Below the pieces are notes generated by a model. That model saw only the letters and a program-made list of their open reading frames with translations. It was not told where the DNA came from and ran no database searches. Of a stretch of 43,250 nucleotides of DNA, positions 1 to 7,257 are shown in pieces. Positions within the stretch are counted from its first letter, which is position 1. Every line of letters starts with the position of its first letter. The stretch is from a virus. A program made the translations under genes and the position numbers. The DNA is taken from UHGV virus genome UHGV-0197604; one strand, given 5' to 3'.

Positions 1-6
1 ATAGAG

Positions 7-18
7 TGGTATTATAAT
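7..18 (+). promoter_or_regulatory. Extended -10 element (TG-G-TATTAT, overlapping TATAAT at 13-18) of the accessory operon promoter; its -35 lies across the window junction
   Basis: TG at 7-8 and TATTAT at 10-15. TTGACA at 43237-43242 is exactly 17 nt upstream if 43250 is joined to 1. Confidence 0.75.
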
Positions 19-63
19 ATTAACAAAGAGATCACGATAAAAAAACAAATAAGGAGATTAACA

Positions 64-249
64 ATGACATTTGAAGAATTAAAAAACAAATACGAAGGAA
101 AAGAAGTTACACAAGAAGAATTTGAAGAAATAGAAGAAAACGAAGAAGTTAGAGAAGTAGAAAACAACGGAAACAGTGGACAACATTATAATTTAACATG
201 GTATACAGTTTATAGCCAAAATGATGATGAATTTGATATATATGGTTAA
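64..249 (+). CDS. Small highly acidic hypothetical protein (61 aa), candidate anti-defence/nucleic-acid mimic
   Basis: RBS AAGGAG; 18 D/E versus 4 K/R; first gene after a strong promoter. Confidence 0.8.
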   Translation: MTFEELKNKYEGKEVTQEEFEEIEENEEVREVENNGNSGQHYNLTWYTVYSQNDDEFDIYG

Positions 250-267
250 AGAATAGGAGAAATAAAA

Positions 268-801
268 ATGAAATATATTTATGTTTTAGAAGATAATAGA
301 GGAACTGAAAGCTTTTTTGAACATTTTGATAATAAAAAAGATGCAAACGACAGAGCAAAAGATATTTATTTTAATAATTACAATGATAAAGAAAGAAAAG
401 AATTTAGAGTTTTAGTTACAAAACTAGCAGAAGAAAACTTTAAAAAATGGGAAAATGAAGAACTTGAAGGATGGTATTTAGATTTTGCAGAAGATTATGA
501 CGGACTTTTTGACAGTGAAGAAAATTTTTATAATCTTTTTAAAAAAGATGAACTAAACAAAGAAAACTTAAAAAAGGCAGCATACGATGATTTTAACAAC
601 TGCTACTATTTTAAATTTAAAGTTAATGATGAAGAAATATTGGTTGAAATAGAAGAAGATATGATTGATGATATTAATTTAATACTTAAAGATGACGAAA
701 GTATTAAAAGATTAATTAAAGATTTAGATAAAAGAAATATAAACTTATTAAATGCAAAATTTGATTTATATCTTGATCAAATGGAAAATTTAATAAAATA
801 A
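268..801 (+). CDS. Acidic hypothetical protein (177 aa)
   Basis: RBS AGGAG; co-oriented in a tight three-gene operon; D/E- and aromatic-rich. Confidence 0.8.
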   Translation: MKYIYVLEDNRGTESFFEHFDNKKDANDRAKDIYFNNYNDKERKEFRVLVTKLAEENFKKWENEELEGWYLDFAEDYDGLFDSEENFYNLFKKDELNKENLKKAAYDDFNNCYYFKFKVNDEEILVEIEEDMIDDINLILKDDESIKRLIKDLDKRNINLLNAKFDLYLDQMENLIK

Positions 802-815
802 ACAAGGGGAAAATA

Positions 816-1247
816 ATGAAAAAAATAATTAATGGTAAAAGATATGATACAGAAACCGCTGAACTTGTTGGAGAGTGGTCAAATACTTATAATTATAGTG
901 ATTTTTCTTATGAATGTGAAGAACTTTACAGAAAGAAAACAGGAGAGTTTTTTATGTATGGAGCAGGTGGACCAGCGTCAAGTTATGCTGTTTCTTCTGG
1001 TAATAATAACTGGACTGGTAGCTCCAAGATAACGCCTTTAACAATAGAAGAAGCAAAAAAATGGGCTGAAAAAAATCTTGATGCTGATGCTTATGAAAAG
1101 TATTTTGAACTTGAGGAAGAAGGTAATATTGCTTTTAGTTTATTGTTACCTGAAAATTTATATAATAAGTTAAAAAATGAAAGCGAAAAAACTGGCGAAA
1201 GTATGAAAGATATTATCGTAGAAGCGTTAGAAAACAAGTTGAAATAA
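816..1247 (+). CDS. Phage protein (MKKIINGKRYDTETA-type N-terminus) fused to a C-terminal ribbon-helix-helix DNA-binding domain
   Basis: C-terminus AFSLLLPENLYNKLKNESEKTGESMKDIIVEALENKL fits the RHH pattern (beta-strand, helix, GxS, helix); RBS AAGGGGA. Confidence 0.75.
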   Translation: MKKIINGKRYDTETAELVGEWSNTYNYSDFSYECEELYRKKTGEFFMYGAGGPASSYAVSSGNNNWTGSSKITPLTIEEAKKWAEKNLDADAYEKYFELEEEGNIAFSLLLPENLYNKLKNESEKTGESMKDIIVEALENKLK

Positions 1248-1270
1248 TTACAACATTAAAATTATACAAT

Positions 1271-1298
1271 AAAGGGACTGTTGATTCAGTCCTTTTTT
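1271..1298 (+). terminator. Intrinsic terminator of the accessory operon
   Basis: GGGACTG-TTGATT-CAGTCCT stem followed by a T tract. Confidence 0.85.
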
Positions 1299-1415
1299 AT
1301 ATAAGTCAGTCAAACCCTTGCAAATAAGCCAATCATTTGTATTTTAACGTATAAGCCAATTAAATTATTAAGTATACCAATACTATTCCTTTAAAAATAA
1401 CTTTAAGTTTCTATA

Positions 1416-1438
1416 TTAAAAATAAGCATAAAAAAAGA
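1416..1438. repeat. 23-bp direct repeat TTAAAAATAAGCATAAAAAAAGA, copy A (copy B at 43116-43138)
   Basis: Exact match by eye between 1416-1438 and 43116-43138. Confidence 0.85.
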
Positions 1439-1460
1439 CCACCAGCCAAAGCCAGTGGTC
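1430..1460 (-). terminator. Intrinsic terminator closing the leftward late/lysis transcription
   Basis: Minus strand GACCACTGGC-TTTG-GCTGGTGGTC-TTTTTTT. Confidence 0.85.
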
Positions 1461-1509
1461 GTGTAGTAATTCGGTAACCTTATATAGTCTACCTATCAAT
1501 TATATTATA

Positions 1510-1800
1510 CTATTTAATACGTTCTACTATTATTTTTCCATTCTCATCTAAAGCTACATTCTCCACTTTTTTATAAACATCCATATATATTTCTCCCCTA
1601 TCTCCGTTATAGGTAAATTCATAGTAATATGCACCTTTTACAGGTGTACTCATCAAGCACTTACTGTTTTGTAAAGTTTTACAAGTCCAAACAAAAAATA
1701 CATCATCTGCATCTATTTCTTCTATAATGTCAACTCTTTTATTTTCATATTCAGCAACTTTTCTTTGACATAATCTTAAAAATTCTTCGTGTTTTATCAT
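1510..1800 (-). CDS. DUF6275-family phage protein
   Basis: Motif DVFFVWTCKTLQNSKCLMST...YYEFTYNGDRGEIYMDVYKK is typical of this family. Confidence 0.75.
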   Translation of the reverse strand: MIKHEEFLRLCQRKVAEYENKRVDIIEEIDADDVFFVWTCKTLQNSKCLMSTPVKGAYYYEFTYNGDRGEIYMDVYKKVENVALDENGKIIVERIK

Positions 1801-1826
1801 TTACTTTTTCTCCTTTTTTATCCACT

Positions 1827-1854
1827 AAAAAAGCGACTACTTATGTAATCGCTT
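1827..1854 (-). terminator. Intrinsic terminator after hicB
   Basis: Minus strand AAGCGATTAC-ATAA-GTAGTCGCTT-TTTT. Confidence 0.75.
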
Positions 1855-1882
1855 AAAGTTTTTTTATTTACTTAATTTATAT

Positions 1883-2299
1883 TTATTCTATTTCAAATTC
1901 TTTTTCTAAAGCTTCTGTTAAAAGTTTAGAAAAGTTGATATTGTGATTTTTACCCATTTCATTCAAGTAGCTAGGAATAGTTACATTTTTTCTAACTGTT
2001 ACCTGTTCCATTTCTTTTGCGTATTTATAAATATCTATGCCTACCAAACTGATGAAACTATCTTCAACTATCGTATATCCGTCATCTTCGATTGTTACAT
2101 CTTTTATACTTGTTGCTTTTGGAAATTTTTGATTTTCTACAAGCATATCATAAAGATTAATTCCTAAAAAATCTTGAGCCATATATACACACTCATTTTC
2201 CGTTTCAGCCTGACTTGCCCCTTCAAAATCTGGAAATGTTATAAAATAACCTTCACCATCATTACACTTATGAAATACAGCTGGATAAACTAAAAACAT
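1883..2299 (-). CDS. hicB: HicB antitoxin (type II TA)
   Basis: YPAVFH..GYFITFPDFEGASQ N-domain plus VRKNVTIPSYLNE...NFSKLLTEAL RHH C-domain; directly downstream of hicA. Confidence 0.93.
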   Translation of the reverse strand: MFLVYPAVFHKCNDGEGYFITFPDFEGASQAETENECVYMAQDFLGINLYDMLVENQKFPKATSIKDVTIEDDGYTIVEDSFISLVGIDIYKYAKEMEQVTVRKNVTIPSYLNEMGKNHNINFSKLLTEALEKEFEIE

Positions 2300-2330
2300 A
2301 CTACCTCCTAAAAATAAAGTAAGGAGGGGA

Positions 2331-2522
2331 CTATTTAAGTCCCGCTTGTTTCAGAATAGCTTGTTCCGTTCCTTTTTTGAGCTCTTTCGAATGAAACGGC
2401 ACTTCTGTTACCTTACCGGTTTTGAAATTCTTAAATCTTCTGTGAGAACCCTTACCGCCTTTTATCTCGGTAAATCCGTTCTTTTTAAGAAGTCTAATCA
2501 TTTCTTTTGCGCTTAGTGGCAT
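2331..2522 (-). CDS. hicA: HicA mRNA interferase toxin (type II TA)
   Basis: 63 aa, LLKKNGF...GKGSHRRFKN...VPFHSKELKKGTEQAILKQAGL with the GSH catalytic motif. Confidence 0.94.
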   Translation of the reverse strand: MPLSAKEMIRLLKKNGFTEIKGGKGSHRRFKNFKTGKVTEVPFHSKELKKGTEQAILKQAGLK

Positions 2523-2545
2523 ATGCTATCCTCCTTACATTTATT

Positions 2546-2574
2546 ATTATACACACTAATACACATCAAGTCAA
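2546..2574 (-). promoter_or_regulatory. hicAB sigma-A promoter with repeated TGTGTA (candidate HicB operator)
   Basis: Minus strand TTGACT-N17-TATAAT; TGTGTA occurs twice in the spacer/-10 region. Confidence 0.85.
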
Positions 2575-2583
2575 GTTTTTTTA

Positions 2584-3327
2584 TTAAAACCTAATCCAAG
2601 GCGTAGTATCACCACTTAATCTCCTACAGGCAACATATCTTCTTTGACCAGAGCTTGATCCAATGTATGAAATCCACCTGTAACCATCCCCTTCCCAAAC
2701 TTGGTCGTAATGAATTGGTTGATTTTTTCCATAACACGCTACTATTGGTGCCTTTGTTGATGGGCTTGTTCTAACATTGCATTCTGCCTGAGTTATTCCT
2801 GTCCATTTTTCATTTTTTATAAATTTTGCATTATTTGTTCTTTTATTTTTTGGTGCTTCGTACTTGCTTGTTGATTTATTATTTCCTACATATCTTAAAA
2901 CGCAAGACCAAGGATAATTATAATAATTACAAGTCCATATTTCCCTGCCTGTTTGGTCTCCCTTTAGTCTTCCTACCACTCCACCATTTTCATCTATGGA
3001 TGCTTCTACCACCCTATAATTTCCAATATACATAGCAGTATGGCAAGTATAATTCAATAATACATCTCCATATTGCAAACCATAACCATTATTTAGGTTT
3101 ACTTGATTTGTTACATCTTTAAAACCGCATTTAATAAACACTGAATACATATTTCCAGTATAGGTCGCTCCGCTACTTCTTACTGGTACTCCTGCCCTTT
3201 GCCAACAATCTATAACTAAAGACGAGCAATCTCTATCGTGTCCCCATCTGTCATACTGGCTGTAGCCAAAATAATTATTGTTCGCTATTGCTATCGCATT
3301 ATTAACTGCATCTTGTATTTTTGTCAT
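2584..3327 (-). CDS. Endolysin: NlpC/P60-clan (Amidase_5-like) catalytic domain plus C-terminal SH3b cell-wall-binding domain
   Basis: DCSS Cys motif and HTAMY His motif; CNVRTSPST...YDQVWEGDGYRWISY SH3_5 pattern; follows the holin. Confidence 0.9.
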   Translation of the reverse strand: MTKIQDAVNNAIAIANNNYFGYSQYDRWGHDRDCSSLVIDCWQRAGVPVRSSGATYTGNMYSVFIKCGFKDVTNQVNLNNGYGLQYGDVLLNYTCHTAMYIGNYRVVEASIDENGGVVGRLKGDQTGREIWTCNYYNYPWSCVLRYVGNNKSTSKYEAPKNKRTNNAKFIKNEKWTGITQAECNVRTSPSTKAPIVACYGKNQPIHYDQVWEGDGYRWISYIGSSSGQRRYVACRRLSGDTTPWIRF

Positions 3328-3705
3328 CTACTTCTCCTTTTTATTTGTAATTTCATCTTCTATACTTTGATTTATATAAGAGTTAAGATCTCCATAAGCC
3401 TTTTCTAAAATTCCCTTAGATTCATCATCTAGTATTTTATTAATCTTACCTTTAGTCCTGTTCCAAGCTTCTTCTTGTCGGTCTTTATCAAATTTCCCCT
3501 CTTTTTTAAGATCTCCAACAAATTCTTGATTGGTTGCAGATACGCATTTTGTAATTATATCTAATAGCTTTTCACTTGCTTCTCTTACTTTTATATTTTC
3601 TATTTTCGCTATCTTCTCTTTGCTTAAATTACTCAAATATACAAAAATATTTGTCAAAACTAATATCCCAACACTTACTAAAATTTTTATTAAAATATCG
3701 TTCAT
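3328..3705 (-). CDS. Holin (LL-H-like, single N-terminal TM)
   Basis: N-terminal hydrophobic helix and charged C-terminus with NQEFVGDLKKEGKF; abuts the endolysin. Confidence 0.78.
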   Translation of the reverse strand: MNDILIKILVSVGILVLTNIFVYLSNLSKEKIAKIENIKVREASEKLLDIITKCVSATNQEFVGDLKKEGKFDKDRQEEAWNRTKGKINKILDDESKGILEKAYGDLNSYINQSIEDEITNKKEK

Positions 3706-3712
3706 TTTTTGC

Positions 3713-3784
3713 TCCTTGTGAAGTTCCTTGTGAAATCCAATTATTGAAATTTCAACATTCTTTCTATTTCGTGTTATCTAAAGT
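3713..3784. repeat. Structured non-coding element: tandem TCCTTGTGAA repeats (3713-3722, 3725-3734), palindrome TTGAAATTTCAA (3744-3755), XerD-arm-like TTATCTAAAGT (3774-3784)
   Basis: Repeats and palindrome read directly; function inferred only. Confidence 0.55.
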
Positions 3785-3802
3785 GTTTATACGTGTGTAC
3801 TT

Positions 3803-3828
3803 AAAAAGGACTAGCATATTACTAGTCC
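3803..3828 (-). terminator. Intrinsic terminator inside the lysis cassette
   Basis: Minus strand GGACTAG-TAATATG-CTAGTCC-TTTTT immediately after the stop at 3830. Confidence 0.75.
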
Positions 3829-3829
3829 C

Positions 3830-4195
3830 CTATCGTTTTAAACTTCTCACTGCTTCCTTAATTTCCTCTGCCATTGCCTTTGTAGCCAATTCCTTGGTAG
3901 TAGAATGTAATAAGTCAATTTTATCATCAATCTTATCCACCCTAGAATTTAAGTCATCAAAACTTTGCTTGGTATCGCACGAATGTTTATTTAAACTAAC
4001 CTCGTGCAAATCCAACCTTGACGTGTTTTTCGCAATGATTTCCGTTAGTTTATCGTTTATTTCGTTGCTTCTTTCAAATTGTTTATCTTGATTTTTTTGC
4101 CAAACTCTTCTGTCTGAAATATAAAAATACAAAAATAAACCTGCTATTACTATTAATATTCCATATTCGCTTATTGCCTTTGCTAACTCTAACAC
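3830..4195 (-). CDS. Membrane-anchored coiled-coil protein, putative second holin/antiholin (BhlA/XhlA-like)
   Basis: N-terminal TM YGILIVIAGLFLYFYI followed by a coiled coil; position before holin and endolysin. Confidence 0.6.
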   Translation of the reverse strand: MLELAKAISEYGILIVIAGLFLYFYISDRRVWQKNQDKQFERSNEINDKLTEIIAKNTSRLDLHEVSLNKHSCDTKQSFDDLNSRVDKIDDKIDLLHSTTKELATKAMAEEIKEAVRSLKR

Positions 4196-4226
4196 AATTT
4201 TCTCACTTCCTTTCGGATATTTTTAT

Positions 4227-4251
4227 AAAAAAGAGAGCTTTTGCTCCCTTT
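4227..4251 (-). terminator. Intrinsic terminator between tail and lysis modules
   Basis: Minus strand AAGGGAGC-AAAA-GCTCTCTT-TTTT. Confidence 0.7.
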
Positions 4252-4252
4252 C

Positions 4253-4894
4253 TTATTCTGTTACTTCTTCCCATCCATCAGCGAATTGTTCTGGACTAAA
4301 AGTATTTGCATCTATTTTAGACTTGTATATTTTTCCCTTAAATAAGACCTTATCCCCTTTATTATAAGCGTCGTGCGCTCCTGTTGGTTGGATAAATTCT
4401 TTCACTACCTCTGTTTTACTTCCATCTTGATTTTTAATTTCCACATTTAGATATTCCTTATATAAAGCAGGTGTTGATTCTGGTAGCCAAGTTGTTTGAC
4501 TTGTATGAGCTTGTATTACTTCATAGACCTTGTCTTTGTAGGTGAATTTTTCGTTTTCTTCATATGTTTTTCCTATTTGATAAGGCTTATATTGATTTAA
4601 GATATTTTCTTGTTGTTCCTTACTCAAATCCTTTGATAAAACAAGAGTTTGAAAGGCTGTCTTTATTTCTTTTTTAAGTTGTTCCACTATGGTATCTAAC
4701 TTATCAATCGCTATGTTTGGATTAGCTTCCCTTGCAATTTCAGCAAGTCCTAACTCAATCAAGATACTATCACTTTCACCTCTCTTGTCCCCTTTTAAAA
4801 AGATTATAAAATCCCTCCAAGGGTTCTCTTGTTGGATTCTTACTTGTGTTTCATCTTTTCCTTGGTAATATTCTTTTGCTTTTAATTCGTACAT
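4253..4894 (-). CDS. Tail-associated protein with two CBM5/12-like (chitin-binding type 3) modules
   Basis: YQIGKTYEENEKFTYKDKVYEVIQAHTSQTTWLP and PTGAHDAYNKGDKVLFKGKIYKSKIDANTFSP repeats. Confidence 0.72.
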   Translation of the reverse strand: MYELKAKEYYQGKDETQVRIQQENPWRDFIIFLKGDKRGESDSILIELGLAEIAREANPNIAIDKLDTIVEQLKKEIKTAFQTLVLSKDLSKEQQENILNQYKPYQIGKTYEENEKFTYKDKVYEVIQAHTSQTTWLPESTPALYKEYLNVEIKNQDGSKTEVVKEFIQPTGAHDAYNKGDKVLFKGKIYKSKIDANTFSPEQFADGWEEVTE

Positions 4895-4905
4895 TTTTAT
4901 CTCCT

Positions 4906-5559
4906 TTATTCAAAAATATATTCTGGCCATTCGCTTGTTTGTTTTATTTCGATATCTAACATTCCATTGGTAGATATTGTAAATACTTTTTCTGTTTTAA
5001 GCATAAAAACTGCTCCACTATACATTCTTTTTTCCGCCCTATAATCTAATTTGGCATTAACAGTTTGCTTGTTATTTCTTATTCTTAGTTTTAATGGAAC
5101 ATTAAGAGGCAATTTATTGTCATAATTACCATTAAAATTAACAGACCCAAAAGTTACAATTTCAAATCCGTTAAACTTTATTTCTGGTTTCTTAATCTTT
5201 ATATCTGCGTTGCCGTCTGTTTCATATATCTTGATATCAAAATAATTGTAATCTAGATTAGATATTTTAATCTCACAATTATAGTTAGCAGTAAAAGTTG
5301 TTCCGTTTTTGATGTTATATTCTTTACCATCAACTACCAGTTTGTAGTTATTATAAGGTTTACTGGTTGTAAAGGTGTATATCTTTCCTAGTTTTATAGC
5401 ACTCGTATTAGAAATGTTAATAATATATGAACTTTTGGTAGACCCTTCAAAACCCACCTTTATTACTTGCCATACTAATTTATCTCCATTTAAAACTTTT
5501 AATATATTGTTATTTCCAACAGACTTTGGTTTTGATTTTAAATTATTACTCTTAATCAT
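4906..5559 (-). CDS. Putative receptor-binding/tail fibre tip protein with two diverged beta-rich domains
   Basis: N-terminal VGNNNILKVLNGDKLVWQ adaptor-like motif; two ~90-aa segments each starting GFE and ending DIxIxxT; follows the collagen fibre gene. Confidence 0.5.
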   Translation of the reverse strand: MIKSNNLKSKPKSVGNNNILKVLNGDKLVWQVIKVGFEGSTKSSYIINISNTSAIKLGKIYTFTTSKPYNNYKLVVDGKEYNIKNGTTFTANYNCEIKISNLDYNYFDIKIYETDGNADIKIKKPEIKFNGFEIVTFGSVNFNGNYDNKLPLNVPLKLRIRNNKQTVNAKLDYRAEKRMYSGAVFMLKTEKVFTISTNGMLDIEIKQTSEWPEYIFE

Positions 5560-5562
5560 TTC

Positions 5563-7098
5563 CTACTCCGTTATAAAATAAATAGTATTAGAATCCTTAG
5601 TGTATATTCTGTTATATTCACTCTCTGTACCAACCCAAAATCCCAAAGCTTCTGAACTGTTTTGATTCTTAATCCTTATACTATTTCCTACAACTTCTAC
5701 ACCCTTTCCCCCTGTATAGGTGGTGTCTGTGTATTTTGGGTTTGATGGGATATTTAATTTACTTTTCAACTGTGATATTTCACCGCTTGTCATATTCTCA
5801 ACATCAAATACACCATCATCACCCTTTGGTCCAGTAGGTCCTGTGGCACCTTGTATCCCCTGTGGTCCTCGTGGTCCTACATCTCCTCTTGGTCCAGTAT
5901 CTCCCTTTGGTCCTTGGGGTCCTTGTAGCCCCCTAGGTCCTTGTTGACCATCTACACCATCTTTACCTGGTTCTCCCTTTAGCTCCTCTTTTTGCTGTGC
6001 GGTTAGTTCTATAGGGTCGCCTTTTTTAAAGTACTTGGTATCTAGGTTAGCTTTATCAGTATCATAACTTTTTCTATCTACAAAATCTTCTTTTGCTGGT
6101 ACATCTAACTGTCTTTTAATATCGTCCAGTTGGGACTGGCTCATCTCTGCTATGTTGATTGTTCCGTCTTTTCCGTCTTTACCGTCTTTGACCACAATAG
6201 TATCAGTAGTATTAAACGTATAAGTTCGGGTCAATCCATTTTGAGATTGGTCTACAATCCTTGGACTATCTCCCTTGTCCCCCTTAAATTTTTCATAAGG
6301 GATTGCCTTGATTGCTTGGGTTAAAGCATTATCAATGTTTGATTCAAAATTATTTCGTGTAGTTTCAAGACCTTGTAGAGTATCAGATTTTTTGTTATCT
6401 ATTGTCAATAATGTTTCGCTTGCCTTATCCCCAATTTTTTTAAGACCATCTTGGGTCTTTGCTTCTAGTTTATCAATATCATCTTGTGTCTTCTCATCAA
6501 TACTGAAAAAACCTTCATCAGCTTCTTTTTCAAGTTCAGACAAGGCTTTATTTTTTCTTGTATCAATTTCACTTAAACTGTTAGACTTAGCATTTTCAAT
6601 ATCTGTTAGACCTTGGGATTTAATTTTAGACAATTCACTAATTGCACTAGATTTCACCCCATTTATTTTTATTATCTGATTTTCAAGGTCTTTCTTAGCT
6701 TCATTTTCAACCTCTTTTCTTATTTCATTAAAGGTCAATCTTGTTGATTCCGCCGTTTCCTTATTTAATAATTCTTTGTAGCCTTTAACAACCTCGATTA
6801 CAAAATCATTATCAGATGGAAATACATATCCGTTACAAGCAATTTCCAAAATATAATCATCACTCGCCAAATTCCCCGGCAAAGAAAATTCCACTTGTCC
6901 ATCCCTTACAGTAGAGCTTGTTTCCCAATATCTACCATTGTTTGGATTGTGTAAACTTATATTTGCACTTTGCCCATCAAGTTTCATTAGTGCTCCATTA
7001 GAATCCTGCAAAGCAAATTTAAAAGTGGAAGACCTATCAGCTTGTTTGATAACTCTTCCACCTTGTTTTTGTTTTAAATTTAATGTATTTAAGGACAT
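5563..7098 (-). CDS. Baseplate upper/tail fibre protein with coiled coil and collagen-like GXY repeats
   Basis: BppU-like N-terminus ([15 protein letters not shown]...YILEI...YVFPSD), GXY run, C-terminal WVGTESEY...KDSNTIYFI fibre motif. Confidence 0.8.
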   Translation of the reverse strand: MSLNTLNLKQKQGGRVIKQADRSSTFKFALQDSNGALMKLDGQSANISLHNPNNGRYWETSSTVRDGQVEFSLPGNLASDDYILEIACNGYVFPSDNDFVIEVVKGYKELLNKETAESTRLTFNEIRKEVENEAKKDLENQIIKINGVKSSAISELSKIKSQGLTDIENAKSNSLSEIDTRKNKALSELEKEADEGFFSIDEKTQDDIDKLEAKTQDGLKKIGDKASETLLTIDNKKSDTLQGLETTRNNFESNIDNALTQAIKAIPYEKFKGDKGDSPRIVDQSQNGLTRTYTFNTTDTIVVKDGKDGKDGTINIAEMSQSQLDDIKRQLDVPAKEDFVDRKSYDTDKANLDTKYFKKGDPIELTAQQKEELKGEPGKDGVDGQQGPRGLQGPQGPKGDTGPRGDVGPRGPQGIQGATGPTGPKGDDGVFDVENMTSGEISQLKSKLNIPSNPKYTDTTYTGGKGVEVVGNSIRIKNQNSSEALGFWVGTESEYNRIYTKDSNTIYFITE

Positions 7099-7101
7099 AT
7101 C

Positions 7102-7248
7102 CTAGTCCTCCTCATTTTTTTCTTTGTCTTTTTCCTTTTTAATCTTTTCAATTTCGATTTTTAATTCTTCGCTTTCTGCCCTTAATAAGGCTATATCGTG
7201 GTTAGCGTGTGCCAACATATCTATATATACTTTTATTAAATTATCCAT
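7102..7248 (-). CDS. Small coiled-coil tail protein (48 aa, MDNLIKVYIDMLAHANHDIALLRAESEELK...), not in the ORF track
   Basis: Strong RBS AAGGAGG; fills the gap between Tal and the fibre gene. Confidence 0.75.
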   Translation of the reverse strand: MDNLIKVYIDMLAHANHDIALLRAESEELKIEIEKIKKEKDKEKNEED

Positions 7249-7257
7249 ATAACCTCC

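Noticed and set aside
5820..5990. Repetitive GGTCC/CCTTG tract as a DNA repeat array
   Set aside because: Explained by collagen-like Gly-X-Y codons.
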